Source of the DNA: a virus
Direction: 5' to 3' (one strand)
DNA: 64,000 nt
Virus record (IMG/VR): IMGVR_UViG_3300031453_000081
The position numbers and the translations under genes are program-made. Shown here in pieces: positions 9,105-18,091 of this stretch. Under the pieces are notes generated by a model that saw nothing but the letters and a program-made list of their open reading frames with translations, was not told the origin of the DNA and did no database searches. How positions within the stretch are numbered: position 1 is the first letter of the stretch; every line of letters starts with the position of its first letter.

Positions 9105-9442
9105 CACGCCACCTCGATCTGGGCGTTGCTCGGGATGTAATATCCCCGAAACGCCCATCTGTGAGAGCACCACGGGTTGCTGCGGCGCTGCGACCCCTCG
9201 CAGCTACAGTCCAGGTGGTAGCGATTCTGGCCGCGGCTGATGCAGTGCAGCTCGTGCCGGACATCGGCGCGACTGTGACTCTGGACCTCGTAGACGTAGA
9301 CCAGTTCGCGGGCCTCGTTGAAGTAGGTGCCCGTGAGCCGGAATAGGTGCTGCGTGCCGTGCGCCGTGTACGCCTCGGTGGCGCGCAGGACGTGGAGACT
9401 GGGGGCTGGGGCGGCGTGCGGTGCAGGTGCGAGTATCGCCAT
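9104..9442 (-). CDS. SWIM-type zinc finger protein
   Basis: CSCEGS...WCSH (CxC...CxH). Confidence 0.7.
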   Translation of the reverse strand: MAILAPAPHAAPAPSLHVLRATEAYTAHGTQHLFRLTGTYFNEARELVYVYEVQSHSRADVRHELHCISRGQNRYHLDCSCEGSQRRSNPWCSHRWAFRGYYIPSNAQIEVA

Positions 9443-9454
9443 GTGGGACTCCTC

Positions 9455-9658
9455 TTACCAGGGCCTTCGGTACTTGGTTTCTGGCCATTCGATGCGGCGG
9501 CGCGTGAAAAACTCCCGCAGTGCGTCCTCTACCAAACGGGTAAGCGTGGACCCCTGCAATTCGAGGTGCGCGACGATTACTCGATCTTGAGAAGGCGTAA
9601 CGCGGAAGCTTTTGCCGACATCTGGCTTCTCCATCTCGGTCGCTGTTGGGGCGTCCAT
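9455..9658 (-). CDS. Ribbon-helix-helix regulator in the Cro position (67 aa)
   Basis: AGGAGG RBS; KSFRV strand + two helices (..LTRLVEDALREFF); first gene of the leftward operon. Confidence 0.65.
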   Translation of the reverse strand: MDAPTATEMEKPDVGKSFRVTPSQDRVIVAHLELQGSTLTRLVEDALREFFTRRRIEWPETKYRRPW

Positions 9659-9819
9659 CGGGCCTCCTATTTCTGATCTCACAGTAATCATACCAGAACT
9701 TATAGCAGAAGTCAACGCTCTATGGCAATTTTAATGTCGATTTCTGTGAATAATTATTGGGCTATTACTGCCGTAATTACTGTGGTACGGTAGGGCTACA
9801 TGGGCCGAGGAGAGTTCAA
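9659..9819. promoter_or_regulatory. AT-rich divergent switch region with candidate operators
   Basis: CACAGTAAT (9680-9688) and ATTACTGTG (9776-9784) are inverted copies; a further ATTACTG at 9764-9770. Confidence 0.55.
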
Positions 9820-10263
9820 ATGTCGGGGGTTCTGACCATCGAAAACGAGCAGGACACTGCGAACGAAGGGCTTGCAGAACGGGTGCGCGCCCTGCGTGTT
9901 AGTCGCGGGTTGTCTCAGGCAGAACTAGCTGAGCTGGTCGGCGTCACACCGAATCAGGTGCATCTGGTTGAGTCAGGGAAAACGAGGAAGCTCCAGCGCC
10001 AGACGTTGCGCGCATACGCAGAGCAACTCGGGGCGACTCCCGACTACATCCGCTTTGGTAGCGGACCCGGCCCAAATGCGACAAGGGAGGATTCGCCTCT
10101 CTGGACGGAAGGGCAACACCCTCCCATTGACGTGTATCTGCGCCAGACATCGAATCTCGGTGAGGCGGAAATAGTACAGGTCGCGAGAATCGTGCGCCTG
10201 TTGGAAGAGGAGCAGAGACGGCTCATTGAGGAAGAGGGGCAGCCATCGGATGAGAATGATTAG
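9820..10263 (+). CDS. XRE-family HTH immunity repressor (147 aa)
   Basis: RVRALRVSRGLSQAELAELVGVTPNQVHLVESG; GAGGAG RBS. Confidence 0.88.
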   Translation: MSGVLTIENEQDTANEGLAERVRALRVSRGLSQAELAELVGVTPNQVHLVESGKTRKLQRQTLRAYAEQLGATPDYIRFGSGPGPNATREDSPLWTEGQHPPIDVYLRQTSNLGEAEIVQVARIVRLLEEEQRRLIEEEGQPSDEND

Positions 10264-10751
10264 TGGACTACGAGCAGATTCGCGAGCAGGCGGTCACGCT
10301 CGCGCGGCAGTCAAGCCTGTGTGGTGCGCCGGTTGATATCGCGCAAGCTGCGCAGTACCTCGGAATCGAGATACGGTCATTCCCCATGCTCGCGTCTATT
10401 CCTGGGTTTCTGATGCGCGGCCCCCATCATCCTGTCATCGTCGTTAATGCGTCCGACTCGCTGGTGAGGCGACGTTTCACCGTTGGCCATGAGTTGTGGC
10501 ACTTCTTCCGCGACGAGGGTCACGGGCGTGTAAGCGCGCATCGAGTCGAGTTCACCGATGAAGCGCCGTGGGAAGAGCGCGCGGCGAACATGTTCGCCGC
10601 TGAGTTGCTCATGCCAGCAGAACACCTACATGATCATGTCTACGCTGGCGAGACGCTGGGGCGGCTTTGCGACACCTTTATCGTCAGTCGGGCGGCCATG
10701 ATACGCCGCCTGCGTCAGTTCGATTTGCTGGTGCCTGAAGGGGCTATGTAG
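10263..10751 (+). CDS. ImmA/IrrE-family metallopeptidase (anti-repressor protease)
   Basis: RRRFTVGHELWH (HExxH) and ERAANMFAAELLMP; coupled to the XRE gene. Confidence 0.9.
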   Translation: MDYEQIREQAVTLARQSSLCGAPVDIAQAAQYLGIEIRSFPMLASIPGFLMRGPHHPVIVVNASDSLVRRRFTVGHELWHFFRDEGHGRVSAHRVEFTDEAPWEERAANMFAAELLMPAEHLHDHVYAGETLGRLCDTFIVSRAAMIRRLRQFDLLVPEGAM

Positions 10752-10779
10752 AAAACCGGATGGGAGGGATGGAGGCGAC

Positions 10780-11181
10780 GTGAAGCAGCAAACGGTGGTT
10801 AAGACCTATACCGGAAGGAAAGCGCCGCAGGTCACGGGGAAGTTTCAGCGGGATTCGCAGAATATGGCGCAGCAAGGATACCGCGTGACGAATCAAAGCG
10901 TGATCCCGCAGCGTGCTGGTTGTTTAAAGAAACTCTTTACGGCAGGCTATGGGGCGGGCGAAACAACGCTGACGGCCACCTATGAGTTAACCGAAGCGGA
11001 GATGGTGCGAGAGCAGGAACAGCTAAACCGATTCAACGAAGAGAATGTTCGAAAAGCAGCAGATAAGGCTCGATTGAAAGCAGAAAACGACGCGCGAAAA
11101 CGGGAAGAGAAGATTCTAAAGTTGCAAGAAAAGGACCGGAAACGAGAGCAACAGGCGCGTGATCGGGAGGATCAGTCATGA
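10780..11181 (+). CDS. Hypothetical protein with charged coiled-coil C-terminus
   Basis: GGAGG RBS; lower GC than neighbours. Confidence 0.65.
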   Translation: MKQQTVVKTYTGRKAPQVTGKFQRDSQNMAQQGYRVTNQSVIPQRAGCLKKLFTAGYGAGETTLTATYELTEAEMVREQEQLNRFNEENVRKAADKARLKAENDARKREEKILKLQEKDRKREQQARDREDQS

Positions 11182-12074
11182 GAAAAGCAATGGTGCTTTT
11201 TGTAACGATCTGCCTGGCTCTGATTGCCGGGTGGGTTCTGCAACCCTCTACTGCCACCGGGGCGCATGCGACCAGGCATCAGAAAATGCCCCATCAAACG
11301 ATCTATGTGCCGGCCAGGAGTGCCGGCGAGAATGGGCGGTTTTTACAGACGGGATTTGTGCTTAAAAAGGGGCTAAGCGTCACCATCAAGGCCACGGGTA
11401 CGGCGTACACGACTATTTGCAGTCCCGCCTGTGGAACGGACCCAAACGGTAATGCCAGTATTATCTGCCCAATAATCTGCGCCGGTCCTGGTTTATTTGC
11501 CTTCAGCCTCATCGGCAAGGTTGGTCGTGGGCATTTGGTCTTCATCGGAACCGGTCCTCGTACGGTGTCCGGTCGTGGTCGGCTCGCGTTGGCGTACAAC
11601 GATGGAAACTACACCGACAACAGCGGCGGGTATACGGTGCGGCTAACCTATCGATGCGCGCTCGGCAACGTCGCTTGTGCAACGGTGCGAATCTCCCGAC
11701 CAGTGGCGGGCAAGGCTTTCACTCCGACGCCAACGAATACGCCCACGAGCACGCCAACGGCAACGCCCACCGCCACGCCAACCAGTACGCCAACAGCGAC
11801 GGCGACCAGTACGCCGACACCAACCGCTACCTTTACTGCGACACCCACCGTTACGCCGAGTCCCGTGCCGATGCCTACCGCTACATCGACCAGTACGCCA
11901 TTTGACACGCCGACGCCTGTCGATACGGTAACGATCGCGCCGAATCCGATACCAGTCAACACCCCGGCGCCGGTATACGTGCAGCCCACCTATTGCATCC
12001 CAAAAGAGGGCGATGACGATAACGACGATAAAGGTAAGCCGCCAGGAGGAAATGACCATGATGGCTGCCCGTGA
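11178..12074 (+). CDS. Exported lectin-like (LecA/PA-IL-like) protein with Pro-Thr linker
   Basis: Signal/TM N-terminus; [16 protein letters not shown]...SLIGKVG...[19 protein letters not shown]; (PT)n tract. Confidence 0.6.
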   Translation: MRKAMVLFVTICLALIAGWVLQPSTATGAHATRHQKMPHQTIYVPARSAGENGRFLQTGFVLKKGLSVTIKATGTAYTTICSPACGTDPNGNASIICPIICAGPGLFAFSLIGKVGRGHLVFIGTGPRTVSGRGRLALAYNDGNYTDNSGGYTVRLTYRCALGNVACATVRISRPVAGKAFTPTPTNTPTSTPTATPTATPTSTPTATATSTPTPTATFTATPTVTPSPVPMPTATSTSTPFDTPTPVDTVTIAPNPIPVNTPAPVYVQPTYCIPKEGDDDNDDKGKPPGGNDHDGCP

Positions 12075-12217
12075 GTGAGCGCGCCTTCCTGCTCTCCTGT
12101 TGTTGGATTCTGATGGCTGCCCATGAGCGAGAATGAAGCCGAGCGGTAGGCGTGGGCACCATTCCTCCACGGAGCCGTACGGTATCCATTCGCGCCGAAC
12201 AAGAGGAGAGCTTCTCC

Positions 12218-12586
12218 GTGAACATCGCGGCTCATCATATTGTCATCTCCGAAGATCGTCTCCGTGTGGCGTTAGCACGGTACAAGGATGCATTCGCGCC
12301 GTCCAGCGATGTGGTAGCCCCGTTTACGACGCTGGTGACGTTGCTGCTTACGCTGGCCACGGCGGACTTCAAGGCGGTTGTCTGGTTCAATCTGTTTCTC
12401 CTGTTGACGGGCGCCGTTTTTGCATGGCTGCTTGTTGCTCTAACGCGGCACGGTTCCCACCCCAAGCCCGACGTCGAACAGTTACTCAGCGACATAAAAG
12501 GCATGTCGCCGGAAAGCGTGACGGGCAACATGCGCCCCATCTCTGACGGTCATAGCCAATCACCCAGTTCACAGAAATTGACATGA
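12218..12586 (+). CDS. Two-TM membrane protein (moron; exclusion/defence candidate)
   Basis: GAGGAG RBS before GTG 12218; ISEDRLR...two hydrophobic helices; flanked by direct repeats. Confidence 0.6.
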   Translation: MNIAAHHIVISEDRLRVALARYKDAFAPSSDVVAPFTTLVTLLLTLATADFKAVVWFNLFLLLTGAVFAWLLVALTRHGSHPKPDVEQLLSDIKGMSPESVTGNMRPISDGHSQSPSSQKLT

Positions 12587-12717
12587 GCGAGCACGAGCGC
12601 GCCTTCCTGCGCTACTGCATCGAGTATCAGGCACGAATTGACCGGCTGCTGGCGTGGATGCAATGCGACCCACGCATCCATGCCGAGTGGGTTACGGAGT
12701 GGCAACGGAGGAGATAG
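12583..12717 (+). CDS. Small hypothetical protein (44 aa)
   Basis: ATGA overlap; translated by hand. Confidence 0.35.
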   Translation: MSEHERAFLRYCIEYQARIDRLLAWMQCDPRIHAEWVTEWQRRR

Positions 12718-12750
12718 ACTGAGGCGCCTGCTCGCAGACGCTCCATCGCG

Positions 12751-12803
12751 CAGAAACCGCCAGTCGTTGGCCCTTTGGGTCTAGCGGCTGGCGGTTCTGT
12801 TTT
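12751..12803 (+). terminator. Intrinsic terminator ending the repressor/moron operon
   Basis: AACCGCCAGTCG...CGGCTGGCGGTT stem followed by CTGTTTT. Confidence 0.6.
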
Positions 12804-12837
12804 ACGTCGCCGCCGCCCTGTTTCCGCTCTAACACTC

Positions 12838-12874
12838 GTCACATTTGACACTTGTGACAGTATGGCACGATACT
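12838..12874 (+). promoter_or_regulatory. Sigma70-like promoter overlapped by an inverted-repeat operator
   Basis: TTGACA 12845-12850, GATACT 12869-12874; GTCACA-9 nt-TGTGAC 12838-12858. Confidence 0.55.
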
Positions 12875-12944
12875 CTGGCAGCACTCCACAGCGAGTGCTG
12901 ACGCGGGAGGCGCGTCTGTTGGCAACAACGCCAGGAGGTGGCTA

Positions 12945-13277
12945 GTGGCTCCAGCAGAGAAACAGTACGACCAGGCGGAGGAGTACGGGGAGACGGATGC
13001 ATCGCTCTACCCGATCACGATGCGGCTGAATCAGGACGAGCAGAACCTCATCACGGAGTCTCGGCTTTGGACTGAACCGAACATGCTGACGCATCTCAGC
13101 GCGTTTGTGAAACTCGCGCGGGACTACGGCGAGCCGGGTTTCCTCGGCCGCCTTGTGCGTCAATGGCCGAAAATTATCGCCGGCAAAATCCCCGGCGTGT
13201 GCATCGAGAAAAACGCTGAGGGAGTCGTGGCGCTCGCTCAGAACGTTCCGGCGGCTATGAGCCGCACGCCAGCCTAG
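12945..13277 (+). CDS. Hypothetical protein, possible DNA-binding regulator
   Basis: GGAGGTGG RBS; first gene after the promoter. Confidence 0.6.
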   Translation: MAPAEKQYDQAEEYGETDASLYPITMRLNQDEQNLITESRLWTEPNMLTHLSAFVKLARDYGEPGFLGRLVRQWPKIIAGKIPGVCIEKNAEGVVALAQNVPAAMSRTPA

Positions 13278-13378
13278 ACTCTCGGGTTTCTTCATTCAGC
13301 GCCGGGCAGTTGTTGACGCGCGACCGCCCGGCGCTCCTCTGTATTGGTGGTACGCCATGACTGCCCATCAGCCCGCTC

Positions 13379-13981
13379 GTGCCTAAATCTGACCGCCCAG
13401 AGCGTTCGCCTGACCTCGATGTGCTGCATGAACGCGCGGATAGGGGGTTGGTGACGCATCGCATTGGACACGCTGGCATCCAGGCCGCACTCAATGATCG
13501 AGCACGTCAAGGCGAGCTGTCCCCTGGTTCGGGCGAACACCTAGCTGAGCCGTTCGAGGTTCGCTATGCCCGGTCGCATCGAAATGGGCTGCGTCTGGTC
13601 GAGGCGGCAAACCTCTGGACCTCTGGCGACTGGTCAGACCGCACAGACCTCGAGCTGAGTGGCGAGCGCGAATCCGCCGCGGTGGTCCATCTGCTGGAGG
13701 CGCTGGAGAAGGATCCGTTATTCGCGCCCTTTCGTCAACTCATCATTGACAGTCTGATTTTTCATGAGGTGTGCGCGACGGATGAAGATCGTGATCTGGC
13801 CCGCATCTGGTCCCTGCTTCGCATGCATCTCCGCGCCATGGATCGCCACGCCTTCCGGCGCGCGGTCCTGTTTTTCCCGCTGATCGAGGTGGCAAACAGC
13901 GGCGTCGCCATTTGGCGCGATGCCAACGGCCATCAGCAGGTAACGCCGTATACGCCGGGTGGCGCCGAACGGGCGAGTTGA
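13379..13981 (+). CDS. Hypothetical protein (200 aa)
   Basis: ORF coupled to the next small ORF; start uncertain. Confidence 0.55.
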   Translation: MPKSDRPERSPDLDVLHERADRGLVTHRIGHAGIQAALNDRARQGELSPGSGEHLAEPFEVRYARSHRNGLRLVEAANLWTSGDWSDRTDLELSGERESAAVVHLLEALEKDPLFAPFRQLIIDSLIFHEVCATDEDRDLARIWSLLRMHLRAMDRHAFRRAVLFFPLIEVANSGVAIWRDANGHQQVTPYTPGGAERAS

Positions 13982-14058
13982 TGCATCCGCTGTGGTACGT
14001 GCTCCTGATCCTCGCCGGCGTGTTGGTCGTCCTGATTGACGTCATGGACCGCGAGTGA
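13981..14058 (+). CDS. 25-aa single-TM peptide
   Basis: TGATG coupling; MHPLWYVLLILAGVLVVLIDVMDRE. Confidence 0.4.
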   Translation: MHPLWYVLLILAGVLVVLIDVMDRE

Positions 14059-14093
14059 TGCAGGCATAGACGCCGGTCTTCTATAATCACCAC

Positions 14094-14345
14094 GACAACC
14101 GCATGAGCCGGTGTGGCACCGGCGCCGGGCCCGCAGGGTCCGGGTTGACACCCAGATAGTCCCGCTTGCGGGCGGGAATCATCCTATCTGAGCCGCCTGA
14201 TCTGTTTGGAACGCGGGGGGATGCGAGTCTCCTGCCGCGGCGCTGCGTCGCCGTGGATGCGCCGTCTGGGCAGACAGGCGGTTTGTTGCCTCAATCGAAA
14301 CGACCAACGAGTCGCCTGAAGATCAGGCGGCTCGTTCTCGTTTCA
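14094..14345 (+). ncRNA. Highly structured intergenic leader / candidate sRNA or attenuator
   Basis: TATAAT at 14082-14087, several hairpins, 14-bp long-range inverted repeat, terminator-like hairpin 14306-14336. Confidence 0.4.
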
Positions 14346-14357
14346 GGAGGCAGCCCC

Positions 14358-14558
14358 GTGAACACCTCTCGGTCCTCTCTCGTCCACCATGACGCCGGCG
14401 ACGAAAACGACGTCAGTCCGCCAATGTCCACCGCCGAACGCTCGTACCACCCGGCCGACGTGGACGAATGCTGCCAACGAGCTGGCCACCGCTACGCTCG
14501 CACACTCAGCGGCCACGTCTACTGCCTGTCGTGCGGCGCTACGGGGCACCAGTCATGA
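14358..14558 (+). CDS. Small zinc-finger-like protein (66 aa)
   Basis: CAGGAGG RBS; CC..GH...YCLSCG. Confidence 0.6.
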   Translation: MNTSRSSLVHHDAGDENDVSPPMSTAERSYHPADVDECCQRAGHRYARTLSGHVYCLSCGATGHQS

Positions 14559-14947
14559 GCTACGGGGGAAACCCAGTCATGAGAGGCTGCTGTTTGGTCT
14601 GCCGCTCCGAGATCCCCGACTGGCGCCAGTGGAAAGATGGCCCAGTCTGCTCGGTCAAATGCCAGACGGCCTACGAGGCGCAGAGTTGGGCAGAGCGGAT
14701 CGTGACGATTTATCGCGATCCCCGACGGTTCGAGGTGCTGCGGCTGAGGATCGCATCCGGTTCGCTCCACCCTGATGCTCGCGGTGAGAAGGCATGGGTG
14801 GCGAAGATGGATGAAAATCCTCTGCCGGCGTGCTCGCATTTCGCCGACGAGCGAAACTCGGCCGAACTCAAAAAGCGGTGTGACGAGTGCCGTCTGTACA
14901 TGCTGACATGGCGTGAGCTCGTCTACGAGACGGCGGCGGCGTCATGA
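14555..14947 (+). CDS. Cys-rich zinc-binding protein (130 aa)
   Basis: CLVC...CSVKC...CSHF...CDEC; ATGA overlaps. Confidence 0.65.
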   Translation: MSYGGNPVMRGCCLVCRSEIPDWRQWKDGPVCSVKCQTAYEAQSWAERIVTIYRDPRRFEVLRLRIASGSLHPDARGEKAWVAKMDENPLPACSHFADERNSAELKKRCDECRLYMLTWRELVYETAAAS

Positions 14948-15339
14948 TCTGCTACCAGGGTTTTCATCTCCCGCTGCCAGAGGTGATTATGCGCTGCCCC
15001 ATCTGTAAGCGCGGCGCGTTGCGCTGGGACGGCTGCAATGCCTGGCGCTGTACCGGCAAACGATGCTATGAGGGGCGGTCGCTGGCGGCGTTTTTTGACG
15101 TGGAGGACATCGAATTTAGGCTGCAATGCGGCTACCGGCTTGATCAGTTCCCGCTCACTGACCACGCGCTGGACCTGTTGCGGCTGGGGGTGATCGCGTT
15201 CGACTGGGTGACTCAGGAGCAGGCCCAGCACATGTTCGAGCGCTTCCACAGTGTCGCTCGCCGTGGTGAGGAGCACCAGGACCTGGCGCACCTGGCGTGG
15301 CTGATGCGCGAGATACCGGCACGACGGTCGGTGAGCTGA
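14944..15339 (+). CDS. Zinc-ribbon protein (131 aa)
   Basis: CPICK...WRCTGKRC; coupled. Confidence 0.6.
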   Translation: MICYQGFHLPLPEVIMRCPICKRGALRWDGCNAWRCTGKRCYEGRSLAAFFDVEDIEFRLQCGYRLDQFPLTDHALDLLRLGVIAFDWVTQEQAQHMFERFHSVARRGEEHQDLAHLAWLMREIPARRSVS

Positions 15340-15527
15340 TGCTGGTCGAACAACGTTACCGGGTGACGGTCCACAACCAAGAAACGGAAGCGATACGGTG
15401 TACCGACGTCGTGGCGTGCAATCGACTCAGTGCGGCGCAGATAGCGGTGATAGTCGCGTTTCGTGAGGTTGGCTGGCGTCATGTGCGGTGTCACCTGGTA
15501 ACGGATGTTGGGGAGGCGGGGAGATGA
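15339..15527 (+). CDS. Hypothetical protein (62 aa)
   Basis: TGATG and ATGA coupling. Confidence 0.55.
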   Translation: MLVEQRYRVTVHNQETEAIRCTDVVACNRLSAAQIAVIVAFREVGWRHVRCHLVTDVGEAGR

Positions 15528-16255
15528 GCAGCCCCTCTATCCCCATGCACATGACGATTGGCAAAGCCCCGTTCGAGGGAGCAATGCCCGGCGCCCAGCT
15601 TGCCATCATTGGGCCGGAGCTAACTCGTGAGATGCTGCACTATCTCGATCATCGTTGGAATCCCGAGGAACGGCTGGAACAACTCCGAGAGATCGATCCA
15701 CGTGTGCATTGCGCCTACACGCTGAGCCGTGGTCACCTGAGCGAGGCGCAGATAGCCGAGATTCGCCCGCGCGTATTCCGCGTCCCTCAGCCGCATGGAC
15801 CCGGATATACCACGGCACAAATCGCGGCCGCCATGCGCGTGTCACCACAGACTGCTCAGCGGTTGGTGCGAGCTGGAGAGAGCTTCCTGGCCCCGGAGGA
15901 GTGGCGGCAGGCGCGAGCAGACGACATGCGGCTGGCCTGGCTGCGGGTCCATGCGCCGGACGTGTCCACGGTGCTGGAGTTACGAGAGTACGGCTACCGC
16001 CAAGAGCAGATAGCGGAGATGCAGAGATTGACGCTGCTTCAGGTGAAGGGGCTGGCGAAACGTGGCCAGGCCGTCATGGGTGATAGTTATTGGCGTGCGG
16101 TACGCCGCCGTCGCCGTCAGGTACACGAGGATAACCGCGAGGAGGTGCCGACGGAGGTGATCGCCGAACGGATGCGCGAGCGAGAGGCAGCAGCCAAACA
16201 AGCTGTAGAAACTCGCGATGACGTTTCTGACGCTCTAAGCGGCGTGGTAGTATAG
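15524..16255 (+). CDS. Tandem-HTH (sigma70 region 4-like) transcription regulator; candidate late activator
   Basis: GYTTAQIAAAMRVSPQTAQRLV and GYRQEQIAEMQRLTLLQVKGL; last gene before the late region. Confidence 0.65.
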   Translation: MSSPSIPMHMTIGKAPFEGAMPGAQLAIIGPELTREMLHYLDHRWNPEERLEQLREIDPRVHCAYTLSRGHLSEAQIAEIRPRVFRVPQPHGPGYTTAQIAAAMRVSPQTAQRLVRAGESFLAPEEWRQARADDMRLAWLRVHAPDVSTVLELREYGYRQEQIAEMQRLTLLQVKGLAKRGQAVMGDSYWRAVRRRRRQVHEDNREEVPTEVIAERMREREAAAKQAVETRDDVSDALSGVVV

Positions 16256-16379
16256 GTGGTTGAGCTATAGGCTCACGAAAGCGCGTCGAATACCGGCGCG
16301 CTATTTTCATGTCGCGAAACTAGGCCCGGTTGAGGATTCCTCGCCGGGCCTTCGCTATTTCGTGACGTTGGAGATCTCT

Positions 16380-16865
16380 ATGCGTTCACGTCTACGGCGC
16401 GGCGCGCTGACAATTGCGCTGCTCCTGGCGATGCTCATGCCTGGTCGGGCGGATGCTCACGGACGGGTCGGCTACCGCTACAGCTCGTTGCCCCACTGGG
16501 CACACTACCAGCCGGCGAAACGGAACCATGCACATCACGTCGTGCGCCAGATTGTTCGTCAGCCTGTGCGCAGAGTAGTTCACCCGGCGCCGACGCGATC
16601 GTATGGCTACCAAACGGTGATGCTCGTGACCGGCTATTGCGACTATGGGACGATGGCTGATGGCGTCTACACCTACAGCGGCGCCGCGGCGGGAGGATAT
16701 GAACTGTCATTTGGGACGAGAGTTGTCGTGCCTGGCTTTGGCGTGGTCACGATTCACGATCGAGAAGGGTATCATCCGTATTCCCACGTCGATCTTTGGA
16801 TGCCCTCATGCTCGCAGGCTATCGCCTGGGGAAGCCGTTCCCTGACCGTCACGGTCTACCACTAA
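16380..16865 (+). CDS. Exported 3D-domain (MltA/YocH-like) cell-wall enzyme
   Basis: Signal peptide; VTGY...GTMADG...FGTRVVVPG...IHDREG...HVDLWM..C..AIAWG.R...V.V. Confidence 0.8.
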   Translation: MRSRLRRGALTIALLLAMLMPGRADAHGRVGYRYSSLPHWAHYQPAKRNHAHHVVRQIVRQPVRRVVHPAPTRSYGYQTVMLVTGYCDYGTMADGVYTYSGAAAGGYELSFGTRVVVPGFGVVTIHDREGYHPYSHVDLWMPSCSQAIAWGSRSLTVTVYH

Positions 16866-17117
16866 CAAAACTCGTGTGAAATGGCGGTGCCTTTGTAGGC
16901 GCTGCTCGTTGGCTATCGGGCAGTACGGGGTAGCTCCCGTCTGGGTATTACTCCCAGCGCCTTTCACTCTGCCCCGGCGGGTTGCCTTCCGGCCTGCCGG
17001 GGCGCCTCCTGCGATAGTTCAATGAGCGTTCAATTACCGCCTTATTCCGCGCGGAATATAGGGAATGGGAATCGTCATTTACAGCACTTGGGGTGTGTTT
17101 CCGAAAGCTGGGCGGTC

Positions 17118-18077
17118 ATGGACAACCTCGCGATCATTGCCGCCGATCAACTGCCGGCCAATCGAACGCCGGCGGATCGAAACCCCGTTCTGATTTATCT
17201 CGCCCGGCTCGCCCCAGGCAGCCGGCGCACACAATCCCAGGCGCTCCGTGTGATCGCGACGATGGCCCACCCTGGCGCCGATCCGCTCACCTTTCCTTGG
17301 CAGGCTCTGGACTATCAGCACACCAGCGCTATCCGGTCGCAGCTCGCCGCCCGGTATGCGCCGGCGACGGCCAACAAAATGCTGTCCGCTCTACGCGGCG
17401 TTCTGACTGAGTGCCGCCGCCTGCAATTGATGCCTGCAGATCAATGTGAACGCGCTCGCGACGTCGCCGTCGTACGCGGCACTCGACTCCCAAAAGGACG
17501 TGCCCTTGGAACCGCAGAACTCACCGCCCTTTTCGCCACCTGCGTCGAGCCGACGCCAGCGAACCTCCGAGACGCCGCGTTGTTGTCCACCTTATACAGT
17601 GGAGGACTCCGGCGTGCTGAGGCCGTGGCGCTGGACGTTGCCGACTATAACGTCGGGGAGCAGTCCATCGCCATCCGAGCCGGCAAGGGAAACAAGGGAC
17701 GAGTCGTGTATCTCTCCGACAGCGCCGCCGTCAAGCTCGGAGCATGGCTCTGGCGTTGCACATCCGGGTCCGCCGTATCCGGTAGCACCGCTCCGGCGCT
17801 GTTTGTTCGAATCCGCCGAGGCGGGCACATCACCGCCGACCGGCTGACCGATCAGGCGGTGCGGTACATCCTGCTGCAACGCTGTGAACAGGCGGGCATC
17901 GCCGCCGCGGCGCCGCATGACATGAGACGTACGATGATCTCGCACCTGCTCGACGCCGGCATTGACATCAGCACGGTTCAGCAGATCGCCGGCCACAGTA
18001 GCGTGACGACCACCCAACGGTACGACCGCCGCGGTGAGGGACGGAAAAAGCGTGCGGCGCAGGCGTTGAACCTGTGA
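17118..18077 (+). CDS. Tyrosine recombinase (XerC/D-like, 319 aa)
   Basis: R (GLRRAE), K (GKGNK), HDMRR, GH, Y (TTQRY) catalytic set intact. Confidence 0.92.
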   Translation: MDNLAIIAADQLPANRTPADRNPVLIYLARLAPGSRRTQSQALRVIATMAHPGADPLTFPWQALDYQHTSAIRSQLAARYAPATANKMLSALRGVLTECRRLQLMPADQCERARDVAVVRGTRLPKGRALGTAELTALFATCVEPTPANLRDAALLSTLYSGGLRRAEAVALDVADYNVGEQSIAIRAGKGNKGRVVYLSDSAAVKLGAWLWRCTSGSAVSGSTAPALFVRIRRGGHITADRLTDQAVRYILLQRCEQAGIAAAAPHDMRRTMISHLLDAGIDISTVQQIAGHSSVTTTQRYDRRGEGRKKRAAQALNL

Positions 18078-18091
18078 ACGGATAGAGCACT

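Noticed and set aside
16918-16974. tRNA gene
   Set aside because: Two arms and a closing stem but no T-arm/TTC loop and no canonical anticodon loop
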